DNA of 64,000 bases, taken from the IMG/VR virus record IMGVR_UViG_3300045988_069864. One strand, 5' to 3'. Both the position numbers and the translations under genes were made by a program. Positions 7,810 to 17,084 of this stretch are shown here, piece after piece; position 1 is the first letter of the stretch; each line of letters starts with the position of its first letter. The notes under the pieces were generated by a model. It saw only the letters and a list, made by a program, of their open reading frames with translations, was not told where the DNA came from and searched no databases. This DNA is from a virus.

Positions 7810-9555
7810 ATGGCATTATCAAATACTGCCGTGCCAATCTATTACGGCCAGTTTCGTGATGCCGTATTGAGAGGCGAAATTCCAGTATGTAAAGAAATCT
7901 CTATGGAGATGAACCGAATAGATGGACTCATTGCAAACCCCGGCATTTGGTATGATGACCAAGCTGTCGAGGGTTTTATTGCATTTTGTGAGAATGAACT
8001 TACGTTGACTGACGGAGAAGACCTTAAGCTTCTAGATTCATTCAAACTTTGGGCTGAGTCAATTTTCGGTTGGTATTACTTTGTAGAGAGAAGTGTATAT
8101 GTTCCGTCTCCGGATGGTCATGGCGGTCACTATGAAAGAAAGTCTATTAAGAAACGATTAGTTAACAAGCAATATCTCATCGTTGCTCGCGGTGCGGCTA
8201 AATCAATGTATGGTGCATGTCTTCAGAGTTTCTTCTTGAATGTGGATACCTCAACTACAAATCAGATCACGACTGCTCCGACAATGAAGCAGGCTGAAGA
8301 AGTTATGAGTCCAATTCGAACCGCAATTACTCGATCCCGTGGACCATTGTTTAAGTTCTTAACCGAAGGTTCACTTCAGAATACGACCGGATCTAAAGCC
8401 AATCGTCAGAAGCTTGTACCTACCAAAAAGGGTATTGAGAATTTCTTAACTGGTTCTCTTCTTGAGATCCGACCGATGACAATCGACAAGATTCAGGGTT
8501 CTCGTGCGAAGATCTGGACAATCGATGAATGGCTTTCTGGCGATGTTCGAGAGGACATTGTTGGTGCTGCTGAACAGGGTGCTTCCAAGAACGACGACTA
8601 TCTGATCGTAGCTATCAGCTCAGAAGGTACCGTCCGTAATGGTAGTGGTGATACGATCAAAATGGAATTGATGGACATCTTAAAAGGTGATTACATCAAT
8701 CCTCATGTGTCAATCTGGTGGTACAAGCTGGATGACATTGACGAAGTCGCTAATCCTGATATGTGGCTCAAAGCCAACCCGAATCTCGGTAAGACTGTCA
8801 GCTATGAAACTTATCAGCTTGACGTCGATCGAGCCGAAAAAGCTCCTGCTACACGAAACGACATCCTGGCAAAGCGCTTCGGTATTCCGTGCGAAGGCTA
8901 TACGTATTACTTTACGTACGAGGAAACTCTTCCTCATCGGAGACGAGATTACTGGAGTATGCCGTGTGCACTTGGCGCTGACCTTTCTCAGGGCGATGAC
9001 TTCTGTGCATTTACGTTCATGTTTCCATTGTCCGATGGTTCATTCGGAATCAAGACTCGTAACTACATAACCGAGCTTACATTGATGAAGCTTCCCGGTG
9101 CTATGCGGAACAAGTACAACGAGTTCATGCGCGAAGGAAGCTTAATTGTTATGCCCGGAACTGTTCTTGACATGATGCAAGTTTATGAGGATCTGGATGA
9201 CCACATCGCCAAGTGCGAGTATGACGTTCGTTGCTTCGGTTTCGACCCCTACAATGCTCGTGAGTTTGTAGAACGATGGGAAAGAGAGAATGGTCCTTTT
9301 GGTATTGAAAAAGTCATTCAGGGTGCCAAAACTGAGTCTGTGCCTTTGGGTGAACTGAAGAAACTTTCTGAGGAAAGAATGCTTAGGTTCGATGAAGATC
9401 TTATGACTTTCGCTATGGGTAACTGCATTACTTTGGAAGATACCAACGGTAACCGTAAACTTTTGAAAAAGCGATATGATCAGAAGATCGATGCTGTTGC
9501 AGCTATGATGGATGCTTATGTGGCATTCAAACTTAATCGAGAAGCATTTGAATAA
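7810..9555 (+). CDS. terL: Terminase large subunit
   Basis: 581 aa. The N-terminal pattern (YYGQFRD..L.GEIP....I......ID) and overall layout are typical of TerL, and the gene precedes portal. Confidence 0.85.
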   Translation: MALSNTAVPIYYGQFRDAVLRGEIPVCKEISMEMNRIDGLIANPGIWYDDQAVEGFIAFCENELTLTDGEDLKLLDSFKLWAESIFGWYYFVERSVYVPSPDGHGGHYERKSIKKRLVNKQYLIVARGAAKSMYGACLQSFFLNVDTSTTNQITTAPTMKQAEEVMSPIRTAITRSRGPLFKFLTEGSLQNTTGSKANRQKLVPTKKGIENFLTGSLLEIRPMTIDKIQGSRAKIWTIDEWLSGDVREDIVGAAEQGASKNDDYLIVAISSEGTVRNGSGDTIKMELMDILKGDYINPHVSIWWYKLDDIDEVANPDMWLKANPNLGKTVSYETYQLDVDRAEKAPATRNDILAKRFGIPCEGYTYYFTYEETLPHRRRDYWSMPCALGADLSQGDDFCAFTFMFPLSDGSFGIKTRNYITELTLMKLPGAMRNKYNEFMREGSLIVMPGTVLDMMQVYEDLDDHIAKCEYDVRCFGFDPYNAREFVERWERENGPFGIEKVIQGAKTESVPLGELKKLSEERMLRFDEDLMTFAMGNCITLEDTNGNRKLLKKRYDQKIDAVAAMMDAYVAFKLNREAFE

Positions 9556-9575
9556 TTCAAAATGGAGATGATTGA

Positions 9576-10823
9576 ATGGGTTTTATAGACCGGCTTCAGC
9601 ATGGATGGAACGCATTCATGAGCAGAGCCCCCACTGGAAGCTATTACGACATTGGACAGAGCTATTCATATCGACCGGATCGAGTGGTTTTTACCCGAGG
9701 CAATGAACGTTCCATTATTACGTCGGTATACAACCGAATTGCTTTGGACGTTTCTGCAATCAATATCAAACATTGCCGTCTGGATAATAATGATCGATAC
9801 ATGTCTGTAATCGACTCTGGTTTGAATAGCTGTTTGAATCTGGAGGCTAATATCGACCAAACTGGACGAGCCTTCATCCAGGATATTGTCATGTCGATGC
9901 TGGACGAAGGTTGCGTAGCTATTGTTCCAGTCGATACGTCTATCGATCCCAAGGTGAGTAGTTCGTACGATATTTTATCGATGCGAACTGGTAAGATCTT
10001 GGATTGGTATCCGGAGCATGTGAAAGTTCGACTCTATAATGAGCGAACAGGTAATAAGGAGGAAATCATCGTCCCGAAGAAAACGGTGGCGATCATTGAG
10101 AATCCTCTTTATGCAGTGACTAATGCTCCTAACTCAACAATGCAACGTCTTATTAGGAAGCTTAGTCTACTCGACGTAACAGATGAGAAGACCGCTTCAG
10201 GTAAATTGGATTTGATCATTCAGTTGCCCTATGTTATTAAGACGGAAGCTAGACGTCAACAAGCCGAAACAAGGCGCAAAGATATCGAGATGCAGCTTGC
10301 CGGAAGTAAGTATGGTATTGCGTACACGGATGGCACTGAAAAGATCACACAGTTAAATCGTTCTGTTGAGAACAATCTTATGTCTCAGATTGAATACTTG
10401 ACGAGCATGCTTTATAGCCAGTTAGGTATCACTCAGAGTATTTTGGATGGTTCTGCAGATGAGAAAACTATGCTGAACTACCATAATCGAACTATCGAAC
10501 CAATTGTTTCTGCGATTGTTGACGAAATGAAACGAAAATTCTTAACTAAAACTGCTCGGTCACAACAGCAGTCTATCTTGTTCTTTAGAGATCCGTTTAA
10601 ACTTGTTCCGTTGAATGACATCGCTGAAATTGGCGATAAATTTACCAGAAATGAGATTATGACGTCTAATGAAATTAGGCAAATCATTGGTATGACACCG
10701 TCTAACGATCCGAAGGCTGACCAGTTGGTTAACAGTAATCTGAATCATCCCGATGAGGAGTCTATGGTACCTGCGGTTTTGACCGAAAACTCTAACGAAG
10801 GGAGAATAAATCAAAATGGTTAA
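9576..10823 (+). CDS. Portal protein
   Basis: 415 aa, immediately after TerL and before the protease-capsid gene. Its size fits HK97-type portals. Confidence 0.7.
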   Translation: MGFIDRLQHGWNAFMSRAPTGSYYDIGQSYSYRPDRVVFTRGNERSIITSVYNRIALDVSAINIKHCRLDNNDRYMSVIDSGLNSCLNLEANIDQTGRAFIQDIVMSMLDEGCVAIVPVDTSIDPKVSSSYDILSMRTGKILDWYPEHVKVRLYNERTGNKEEIIVPKKTVAIIENPLYAVTNAPNSTMQRLIRKLSLLDVTDEKTASGKLDLIIQLPYVIKTEARRQQAETRRKDIEMQLAGSKYGIAYTDGTEKITQLNRSVENNLMSQIEYLTSMLYSQLGITQSILDGSADEKTMLNYHNRTIEPIVSAIVDEMKRKFLTKTARSQQQSILFFRDPFKLVPLNDIAEIGDKFTRNEIMTSNEIRQIIGMTPSNDPKADQLVNSNLNHPDEESMVPAVLTENSNEGRINQNG

Positions 10824-12645
10824 ATGCGATTTTGCTGGTTGGGCCACGCGAAACGATTTGTTGTGTGGCGATGGCAGAATTATTAAGAAAGATGCGTTTA
10901 AGGATAACGATGGCGACACGGTATCGTTGGTTTGGAATCACGATCATTCTGATCCTAATGCAGTTCTGGGTCATGCTCTGCTTGAGAATCGAGACGAAGG
11001 TGTTTATGCATATTGCACCTTCAATGACACTGAGCAGGGTCGAAACGCCAAGGAACTGGTTCGTCATGGTGATGTAAGTGCTCTTTCCATTTATGCTAAT
11101 AAGCTGAAACAGAATGGTAAAGAAGTTGTTCATGGTGCAATTCGGGAGCTGAGTCTCGTACTTGCTGGCGCTAATCCCGGTGCATATATCGATTTCGTCA
11201 TGGCTCACAGTGACGATGGCGAAGAATCTGTAGATGGTCTGTATGCTGGATACAATGAAAACATTGTGCTCTATCATTCGGATGAGTCTAGTAATGAAAC
11301 TGACAGTAAAAAGGAGGATTCCAAAGTGGCAGAAGAAACTAAGAAGCCCGAGAGTGAAAAGACTGTTAAAGATGTGTTCGATACTCTCAATGAAGAGCAG
11401 AAGACCGTTGTTTACGCACTGATTGGTCAGGCATTGGAAGATGCCGGTGTTAGTGACGATGACAATGATGCTAATAACGATGACAACAAGGAGGACGACG
11501 AGATGAAACACAATGTATTTGACAATGATGATCAGGAGATGGATAATGTTCTGACTCATTCCGCCATGAATGATGTTCTGGACCTGGCTAAGACGCCCAG
11601 TGTGGGTAGCTTCAAGCAGGCCATGAAAATCTACGAGAATGAGAATGAGCTTCAGCATGACGCTTTCGATAGCGAGACCATGGACATGCTGTTGCCGGAG
11701 TATAAGCTGATCGATCCTGCCGAACCGAAGATTCTGTATCCTGATGACACTTGGGTGTCCAGCGTTATCAATGGTGTACATAAGTCTCCGTATAGCCGTG
11801 TCCGTACTCGTCGTGCTGATGCTCGTCAGGCTGAACTGCAGGCCCTGGGTTACAAGAAGGGTGACTACAAGAAGGAAGGTCAGAAGATCAAACTGCTGGG
11901 TCGTACTCACGATGCTCAGACGGTTTATGTAAAAGATAAGATCAACCGTGATGACGTTCTGGACATCACTGATTTCGACATCGTCGCTTACCAGTGGAAG
12001 ATCATGCGTCACGCTATGGACCAGACTCTGGCCACTGCAATTCTGATTGGCGATGGTCGTGATGATCTGGACCCGGATAAGATCAAGGAAGATCACATTC
12101 GTCCTATTTGGAAGGATGATGATATGTACTGCATCCATCAGGATATCGATATCGCTTCCGCTAAGGCAGAACTTCAGGGCACCAATACTGGCGCTAATTT
12201 CGGCGAGAACTACATTTATGCTGAAGCAATCATCACTGCTGCTCTGTATTCTCGTGAAAAGTATAAGGGTTCTGGCAATCTGACTTTCTTCTGCACTCCG
12301 CATCTGCTGAATGTCATGCTGCTGGCTCGTGATCTGAATGGTCGTCGTATCTATTCTTCTAAGAATGATCTGGTTGCAGCACTGAACGTTAAGGATATTC
12401 AGACCGTCGAACAGTTTGAGGGTCTGACTCGTACCACTACTGATAGCAAGACTAAGAAGCTGCTGGGTCTGTTCGTTAATCTGGCTGACTATCAGCTGGG
12501 CTGTGTCAAGGGCGGCGAGATTACCAAGTTCGAAGGCTTCGATATCGATTTCAACCAGCACAAACTGCTGCTGGAGACTCGTGCTTCTGGTGCCTTGGTT
12601 GAGTGGTATTCCGCTATTGCTCTGGAAGAAGACGTTACTGAATAA
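10816..12645 (+). CDS. Prohead protease (HK97/S78-like) fused to HK97-fold major capsid protein
   Basis: The N-terminal ~180 aa carry LVWNHD...VLG...SIYA...IRELSLVLAGANPGA. An acidic ~80-aa linker (DDDNDANNDDNKEDDE) follows, then a ~350-aa capsid-sized C-terminal part. No separate scaffold gene is present. Confidence 0.65.
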   Translation: MVKCDFAGWATRNDLLCGDGRIIKKDAFKDNDGDTVSLVWNHDHSDPNAVLGHALLENRDEGVYAYCTFNDTEQGRNAKELVRHGDVSALSIYANKLKQNGKEVVHGAIRELSLVLAGANPGAYIDFVMAHSDDGEESVDGLYAGYNENIVLYHSDESSNETDSKKEDSKVAEETKKPESEKTVKDVFDTLNEEQKTVVYALIGQALEDAGVSDDDNDANNDDNKEDDEMKHNVFDNDDQEMDNVLTHSAMNDVLDLAKTPSVGSFKQAMKIYENENELQHDAFDSETMDMLLPEYKLIDPAEPKILYPDDTWVSSVINGVHKSPYSRVRTRRADARQAELQALGYKKGDYKKEGQKIKLLGRTHDAQTVYVKDKINRDDVLDITDFDIVAYQWKIMRHAMDQTLATAILIGDGRDDLDPDKIKEDHIRPIWKDDDMYCIHQDIDIASAKAELQGTNTGANFGENYIYAEAIITAALYSREKYKGSGNLTFFCTPHLLNVMLLARDLNGRRIYSSKNDLVAALNVKDIQTVEQFEGLTRTTTDSKTKKLLGLFVNLADYQLGCVKGGEITKFEGFDIDFNQHKLLLETRASGALVEWYSAIALEEDVTE

Positions 12646-12659
12646 GGAGGAAATTAATT

Positions 12660-12941
12660 ATGGCTATGATTACTATTATGGAACACGCTGACGATCAGCA
12701 CGTTCGCGCTTATGTTGTCTATGGTAAGGCCGCTGACCATAAGCTGTATTACGAGAAGGATTATAAGACTCAGGTCACCCAGGCTGATGCTGAGAACGCT
12801 TTCAAGAAGAACCTGCTGCAGATCGTGGATACTACCACTACTCTGGTTCCGGTTGCCATGACTGGTACTACTGTTAAGACTGTTGCTGGTTCCAGCACTG
12901 CTGCCACTCTGACTGATTGGGCTGTTAAGGCTGATAGCTAA
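12660..12941 (+). CDS. Small head-associated protein (hypothetical)
   Basis: Strong SD (AAGGAGG), position directly after the capsid gene, 93 aa. Confidence 0.5.
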   Translation: MAMITIMEHADDQHVRAYVVYGKAADHKLYYEKDYKTQVTQADAENAFKKNLLQIVDTTTTLVPVAMTGTTVKTVAGSSTAATLTDWAVKADS

Positions 12942-12969
12942 AACTATTAAGTTGAGGTGAGAATTCAAA

Positions 12970-13284
12970 ATGGCAAAATACTGTGGAAAAATTGGATTCG
13001 CGGTTACCGAGGAAACCAAACCCGGTGTATGGACCGAGCAAATGGTGGAACGACGGTATTACGGTGATCTAACGAGAAATACTCGGCGACTTCAATCGTC
13101 TGGTAATCTCAACGATAACGTAACCATCTCTAATCAGATTTCTATCGTGGCTGATCCTTTTGCCAATGAGAATTTTCATGCGATGCGTTACGCTGAGTTT
13201 ATGGGTACTAAATGGAAGATCGCTAGTGTCGAAGTTCAGTACCCTAGACTGATACTGGAATTGGGGGATGTGTTCAATGCATGA
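12970..13284 (+). CDS. Putative head-tail adaptor/neck protein
   Basis: Position between capsid and tail tube genes, 104 aa, SD GAGGTGA. Confidence 0.45.
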   Translation: MAKYCGKIGFAVTEETKPGVWTEQMVERRYYGDLTRNTRRLQSSGNLNDNVTISNQISIVADPFANENFHAMRYAEFMGTKWKIASVEVQYPRLILELGDVFNA

Positions 13285-13582
13285 CCGCTTAGGTTTACAC
13301 GAGGAATTATGTAAAATCCTCGGATCAAGGAACGTATATTTTCAACCCCCAGTATCAGTATCAATGAAGTATCCGGCGATTGTGTATGAACGTGATAACA
13401 TTCGTAATGAACATGCGAATGATAGCGTTTACATGCAACCTCTGGTATATTCTTTAACGGTTATCGATTCAGATCCCGATAGTGAGATTGTCGAGAAGAT
13501 TTCTAAACTTCCCAAATGCAGTTTCTCTCGGCATTTCACATCGGATAATCTTAATCATGATGTATTTACTATATATTATTAA
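13268..13582 (+). CDS. Putative neck/tail-completion protein
   Basis: Overlaps the upstream stop (alternative ATG at 13277). 104 aa, in the neck module. Confidence 0.45.
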   Translation: MCSMHDRLGLHEELCKILGSRNVYFQPPVSVSMKYPAIVYERDNIRNEHANDSVYMQPLVYSLTVIDSDPDSEIVEKISKLPKCSFSRHFTSDNLNHDVFTIYY

Positions 13583-13600
13583 CAAAAGGAGGAATAATAA

Positions 13601-14272
13601 ATGCCTGAAACTTCTAAAGCTCTTGTTTGGGATGCTGCCGGTGAGCGTCTGTATGAGACTGGCGTAAAGAAAGGTGTTCTTTATGTTCAGGGCGATGACG
13701 GCAAGTATCCGAAAGGCGTTGCCTGGAACGGTCTGACTGGTGTTACGGAATCTCCGTCTGGTGCAGAAGCAAACGCTATCTATGCCGACGATATGAAGTA
13801 TCTGAACCTGTATTCTGCAGAGGAGTTCGGTGCAACCATCGAGGCTTACACCTATCCTGATGAATTTGCAGAATGTGATGGTTCTGCTGAACTGACGAAG
13901 GGTGTTAATATCGGTCAGCAGAAGCGTAAAGCATTTGGTATGTGCTATCGTACTGTGCTGGGTAACGACATTACTGGTGAAGATTACGGTTATAAGTTGC
14001 ATATCATTTATGGCGCTATGGCATCTCCGTCTGAGAAGGCTTATGCAACTATCAACGATAGCCCCGAGGCTATCACTTTCTCTTGGGAGATTACTACTAC
14101 CCCTGTCAACGTCGCTGGTCTGAAGCCGACCGCTTCTTTGGTGATCGATTCCACTAAAGCAGATTCTACTAAACTGACTGCTCTGGAAACTATTCTGTAT
14201 GGTAGTGAGAGTGTTGATCCTCGTCTGCCGCTGCCTGATGAAATCAAGACTCTGATGACTGCTGGCGGCTGA
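13601..14272 (+). CDS. Major tail (tube) protein
   Basis: 223 aa. The N-terminus (WDAAGERLYETGVKKGVLY...GVAWNGLTGVTESPSG) is typical of siphovirus tube proteins, and the chaperone genes follow. Confidence 0.7.
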   Translation: MPETSKALVWDAAGERLYETGVKKGVLYVQGDDGKYPKGVAWNGLTGVTESPSGAEANAIYADDMKYLNLYSAEEFGATIEAYTYPDEFAECDGSAELTKGVNIGQQKRKAFGMCYRTVLGNDITGEDYGYKLHIIYGAMASPSEKAYATINDSPEAITFSWEITTTPVNVAGLKPTASLVIDSTKADSTKLTALETILYGSESVDPRLPLPDEIKTLMTAGG

Positions 14273-14344
14273 TCAAATTATTTACATGCGTGAAATTCGT
14301 AGCATTGACCGTTATAGCCGGTTTTATTTGAAAGGAGATTTATT

Positions 14345-14713
14345 ATGCTGAAAAAATCTATTACTTATTACGATTACAATGGTGTTGAGCGTACTGAGGA
14401 TTTCCGTTTTAATCTGTCCAAGGCAGAACTGATGGAAATGGAGATGAGTACTAATGGCGGTCTGACTGAAATGATCGATAAGATTGTCGCTGCTCAAGAC
14501 ATTCCGGCAATTATTAAAGTCTTCAAGGATCTTATCCTGAAGGCTTATGGTGAGAAGAGCCCGGATGGTAAGCGATTCATTAAGTCTGAAGAGCTCTCCA
14601 CTGCGTTTGCTCAGACTGAAGCCTACTCTCAGTTGTTTATGGAATTGGCTACTAATCCGGAAGAAGCCGCCAAGTTTATTAATGGCATTATTCCAACGGA
14701 TGCCGACAAATAA
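14345..14713 (+). CDS. Tail assembly chaperone
   Basis: 122 aa, acidic, between the tube and tape-measure genes. Confidence 0.6.
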   Translation: MLKKSITYYDYNGVERTEDFRFNLSKAELMEMEMSTNGGLTEMIDKIVAAQDIPAIIKVFKDLILKAYGEKSPDGKRFIKSEELSTAFAQTEAYSQLFMELATNPEEAAKFINGIIPTDADK

Positions 14714-14739
14714 TGTGAATATAATAGAGGTGATAAGAA

Positions 14740-15285
14740 ATGCTTCGAATAATAGTACCGGCAGTCGAAGGGTGGGATGAAGCTAAGCAAGAATTTGTTG
14801 ATCTAAAACCAGCCCAAACATTGTCGCTTGAACATTCTCTTGTCTCTCTTTCAAAATGGGAATCGAAATGGTGCAAACCGTTTGTTTCTACAAAAGATAA
14901 AACTTCAGAAGAAATGATCGACTACATTAAATGTATGACATTAACACAGAATGTCAGTGACGATGTTTATAATCGATTATCTACTGAAAACATTAGACAA
15001 ATAAATGAATACATAAATGCTCCGATGACTGCTACCTGGTTTAATGAACGAAAAAATGGATCACAACGTAGTGAGCAGATTACATCGGAGCTTATTTATT
15101 ATTGGATGATTGCTTTGAACATTCCTTTTGAGTGTCAAAAGTGGCATCTAAATCGTCTTCTCACTTTGGTGCGGATTTGTAATATAAAGAATCAGCCATC
15201 TAAAAAGATGAGTAGAAATGAGATATTGAGTCAAAACGCAGCGTTAAATGCTGCTCGAAAAAAGCAACTTAATTCAAGAGGGTGA
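14740..15285 (+). CDS. Second tail chaperone-like protein (Gp15-like)
   Basis: Has its own SD (GAGGTGA). 181 aa. Position is equivalent to gpT or Listeria A118 gp15. Confidence 0.5.
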   Translation: MLRIIVPAVEGWDEAKQEFVDLKPAQTLSLEHSLVSLSKWESKWCKPFVSTKDKTSEEMIDYIKCMTLTQNVSDDVYNRLSTENIRQINEYINAPMTATWFNERKNGSQRSEQITSELIYYWMIALNIPFECQKWHLNRLLTLVRICNIKNQPSKKMSRNEILSQNAALNAARKKQLNSRG

Positions 15286-15291
15286 TAGTTT

Positions 15292-16695
15292 ATGAGTAAC
15301 AGTCCTTTGGTTGTTTATACAAAAATCAGTCCTAACCGAAATAGTCCTCGTAATCGGCCGATTCGTAAGATCACCATTCATCACATGGCCGGTAATCTGA
15401 GTATTGAGCGATGTGGTGAAGTATTTGCACCGGTTAGTCGCCAAGCTTCTAGTAATTATGGTATTGGTACTGACGGCCGAATCGGAATGTATGTTGAAGA
15501 GAAGGATCGTGCTTGGACAAGTTCTAGTCCGGAGAATGATCATCAGGCTATCACGATCGAAGTGGCTAATGATGAGATTGGTGGGCAGTGGCATGTTTCT
15601 GACAAAGCTATGGTCTCTCTGATTAACTTGTGTGCCGACATTTGTAAACGCAATGGTATCAAGAAGCTGAACTATACCGGCGACAAATCTGGTAACTTGA
15701 CGATGCATTGTTGGTTTGCAAATACTCTTTGTCCAGGTCCGTATTTGAAGAGTAAATTCCCTTATATCGCCGAAGAAGTGAACAAGCGTCTTGGCCAGAG
15801 TTCTGCAAATCAAACCGGAACTCAAGCCGCTGATTTGGGAAGCCTGTCTGAAGAGGCGATCATATCTAAAATCGGCCCGTTGTTTACTGCCGATCAGAAG
15901 AAGACTGGCGTTCTGGCATCTGTATCTATGGCTCAGTTTATTCTTGAATCCGCTTATGGCAAAAGCGAGCTTGCTAAGAATGCTAACAACTGTTTTGGCA
16001 TGAAGACTCAGTTGTCCGGTAATACTTGGTCGGGTTCTACTTGGGACGGAAGTGTTTATATCAAAGAAACTAAAGAGTTTACGAATGGCACATATACGAC
16101 CATCACTGCAAATTTTCGTAAGTATTCGTCCATTGAAGATTCTATTGCCGACCATTCTGCATATTTGCTTGGCGCTATGAACGGTTCCAAGAAGCGTTAT
16201 GAAGGTTTGAAAGGTGAACCTAATTATAAGAAAGCTGCTCAGCTGATTAAGGATGGCGGTTATGCAACATCACCTACTTATGTCGAGAACCTTTGCAAAG
16301 TGATCGAAAAATGGAATCTTACCAAATACGAATGTAAACAGACAGAAAGTGAGTCTAGTGATATGGCATTTCCTAATGTCCCGTTTGCGGTAACGGTACT
16401 TGTAAACGATTTGAACTATCGTTCGGAGCCTTCTATGAAGGGGGCTGTTAAGGGTCAGACTGGTAAAGGCATCTTCACGATTGTCAAAGTTTCCGATGGT
16501 TGGGGTAAACTCAAATCTGGTGTTGGTTGGATTTGGCTTGGAAACAGTGACTATTGCACTTTTGAAAAGCCTGCCGCTCCTAAATCTATTTGGGACACTA
16601 ACGGACCATGGCGAATTGAAGGCGCTACTGGTACTGATAAAACTGCGTTGAAAGAAGTATGTGAGAAATACGGTCTTAAGGTGACGTCTATCTAA
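15292..16695 (+). CDS. Peptidoglycan hydrolase: N-acetylmuramoyl-L-alanine amidase + glucosaminidase + SH3-like domain
   Basis: Amidase_2-like ITIHHMAG...SSNYGIGTDGRI...AITIEVAN. Glucosaminidase-like AQFILESAYGKSELAKNANNCFGMK. SH3-like VNDLNYRSEPS...GWGKLKSGVGWIW. Confidence 0.8.
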   Translation: MSNSPLVVYTKISPNRNSPRNRPIRKITIHHMAGNLSIERCGEVFAPVSRQASSNYGIGTDGRIGMYVEEKDRAWTSSSPENDHQAITIEVANDEIGGQWHVSDKAMVSLINLCADICKRNGIKKLNYTGDKSGNLTMHCWFANTLCPGPYLKSKFPYIAEEVNKRLGQSSANQTGTQAADLGSLSEEAIISKIGPLFTADQKKTGVLASVSMAQFILESAYGKSELAKNANNCFGMKTQLSGNTWSGSTWDGSVYIKETKEFTNGTYTTITANFRKYSSIEDSIADHSAYLLGAMNGSKKRYEGLKGEPNYKKAAQLIKDGGYATSPTYVENLCKVIEKWNLTKYECKQTESESSDMAFPNVPFAVTVLVNDLNYRSEPSMKGAVKGQTGKGIFTIVKVSDGWGKLKSGVGWIWLGNSDYCTFEKPAAPKSIWDTNGPWRIEGATGTDKTALKEVCEKYGLKVTSI

Positions 16696-16706
16696 CGGAG
16701 GGTCAA

Positions 16707-17084
16707 ATGATCACATTTAGACAAAAGGGTGACTTTTCTAAGTTAACTCAATACTTGGAAAGAGTAAAGGGGGTCGTTAAATTAAGTCAACTTGATAAAT
16801 ACGGCCAACAAGGTGTAGCTGCCCTTTCGTCTGCGACACCAGTTGATTCAGGATTGACGGCTACTTCTTGGTATTATAAGGTCGAACATCAAAATGGTTC
16901 GACTTCGATTAATTTCTATAATTCGAATACGAACAAAGGGGTCAACATCGCCATCATTTTACAGTATGGTCATGGAACTCGCAATGGTGGCTGGGTTCAG
17001 GGTCGAGATTATATCAATCCTGCAATTCAGCCTATTTTTGATAAGATCGCGAATGATGCATGGGAGGAGGTTACTAAAGTATGA
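16707..17084 (+). CDS. HK97 gp10-like neck/tail-terminator family protein
   Basis: 125 aa with the pattern GVAALSSATPVDSGLTATSW...ILQYGHGTRNGG, which is typical of that family. Confidence 0.55.
   Translation: MITFRQKGDFSKLTQYLERVKGVVKLSQLDKYGQQGVAALSSATPVDSGLTATSWYYKVEHQNGSTSINFYNSNTNKGVNIAIILQYGHGTRNGGWVQGRDYINPAIQPIFDKIANDAWEEVTKV

Noticed and set aside
10792-12561. A 589-aa ORF on the minus strand. Similar long antisense ORFs lie at 7-942, 28781-29683, 42057-42941, 47698-48543 and 15274-16155.
   Set aside because: All lie exactly antisense to well-supported plus-strand genes. Their composition is low-complexity and Ile/Leu/Ser-rich, they have no SD and they carry no recognisable motif. 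They are shadow ORFs.
14547-14780. Possible programmed frameshift joining the two tail-chaperone genes (the gpG/gpGT paradigm).
   Set aside because: - The frame of the second gene (14740) is closed by TAA at 14734-14736.
- That gene has its own SD and ATG after the first gene's stop.
- The +1 ORF 14547-14780 adds only about 22 aa and does not reach the downstream gene.
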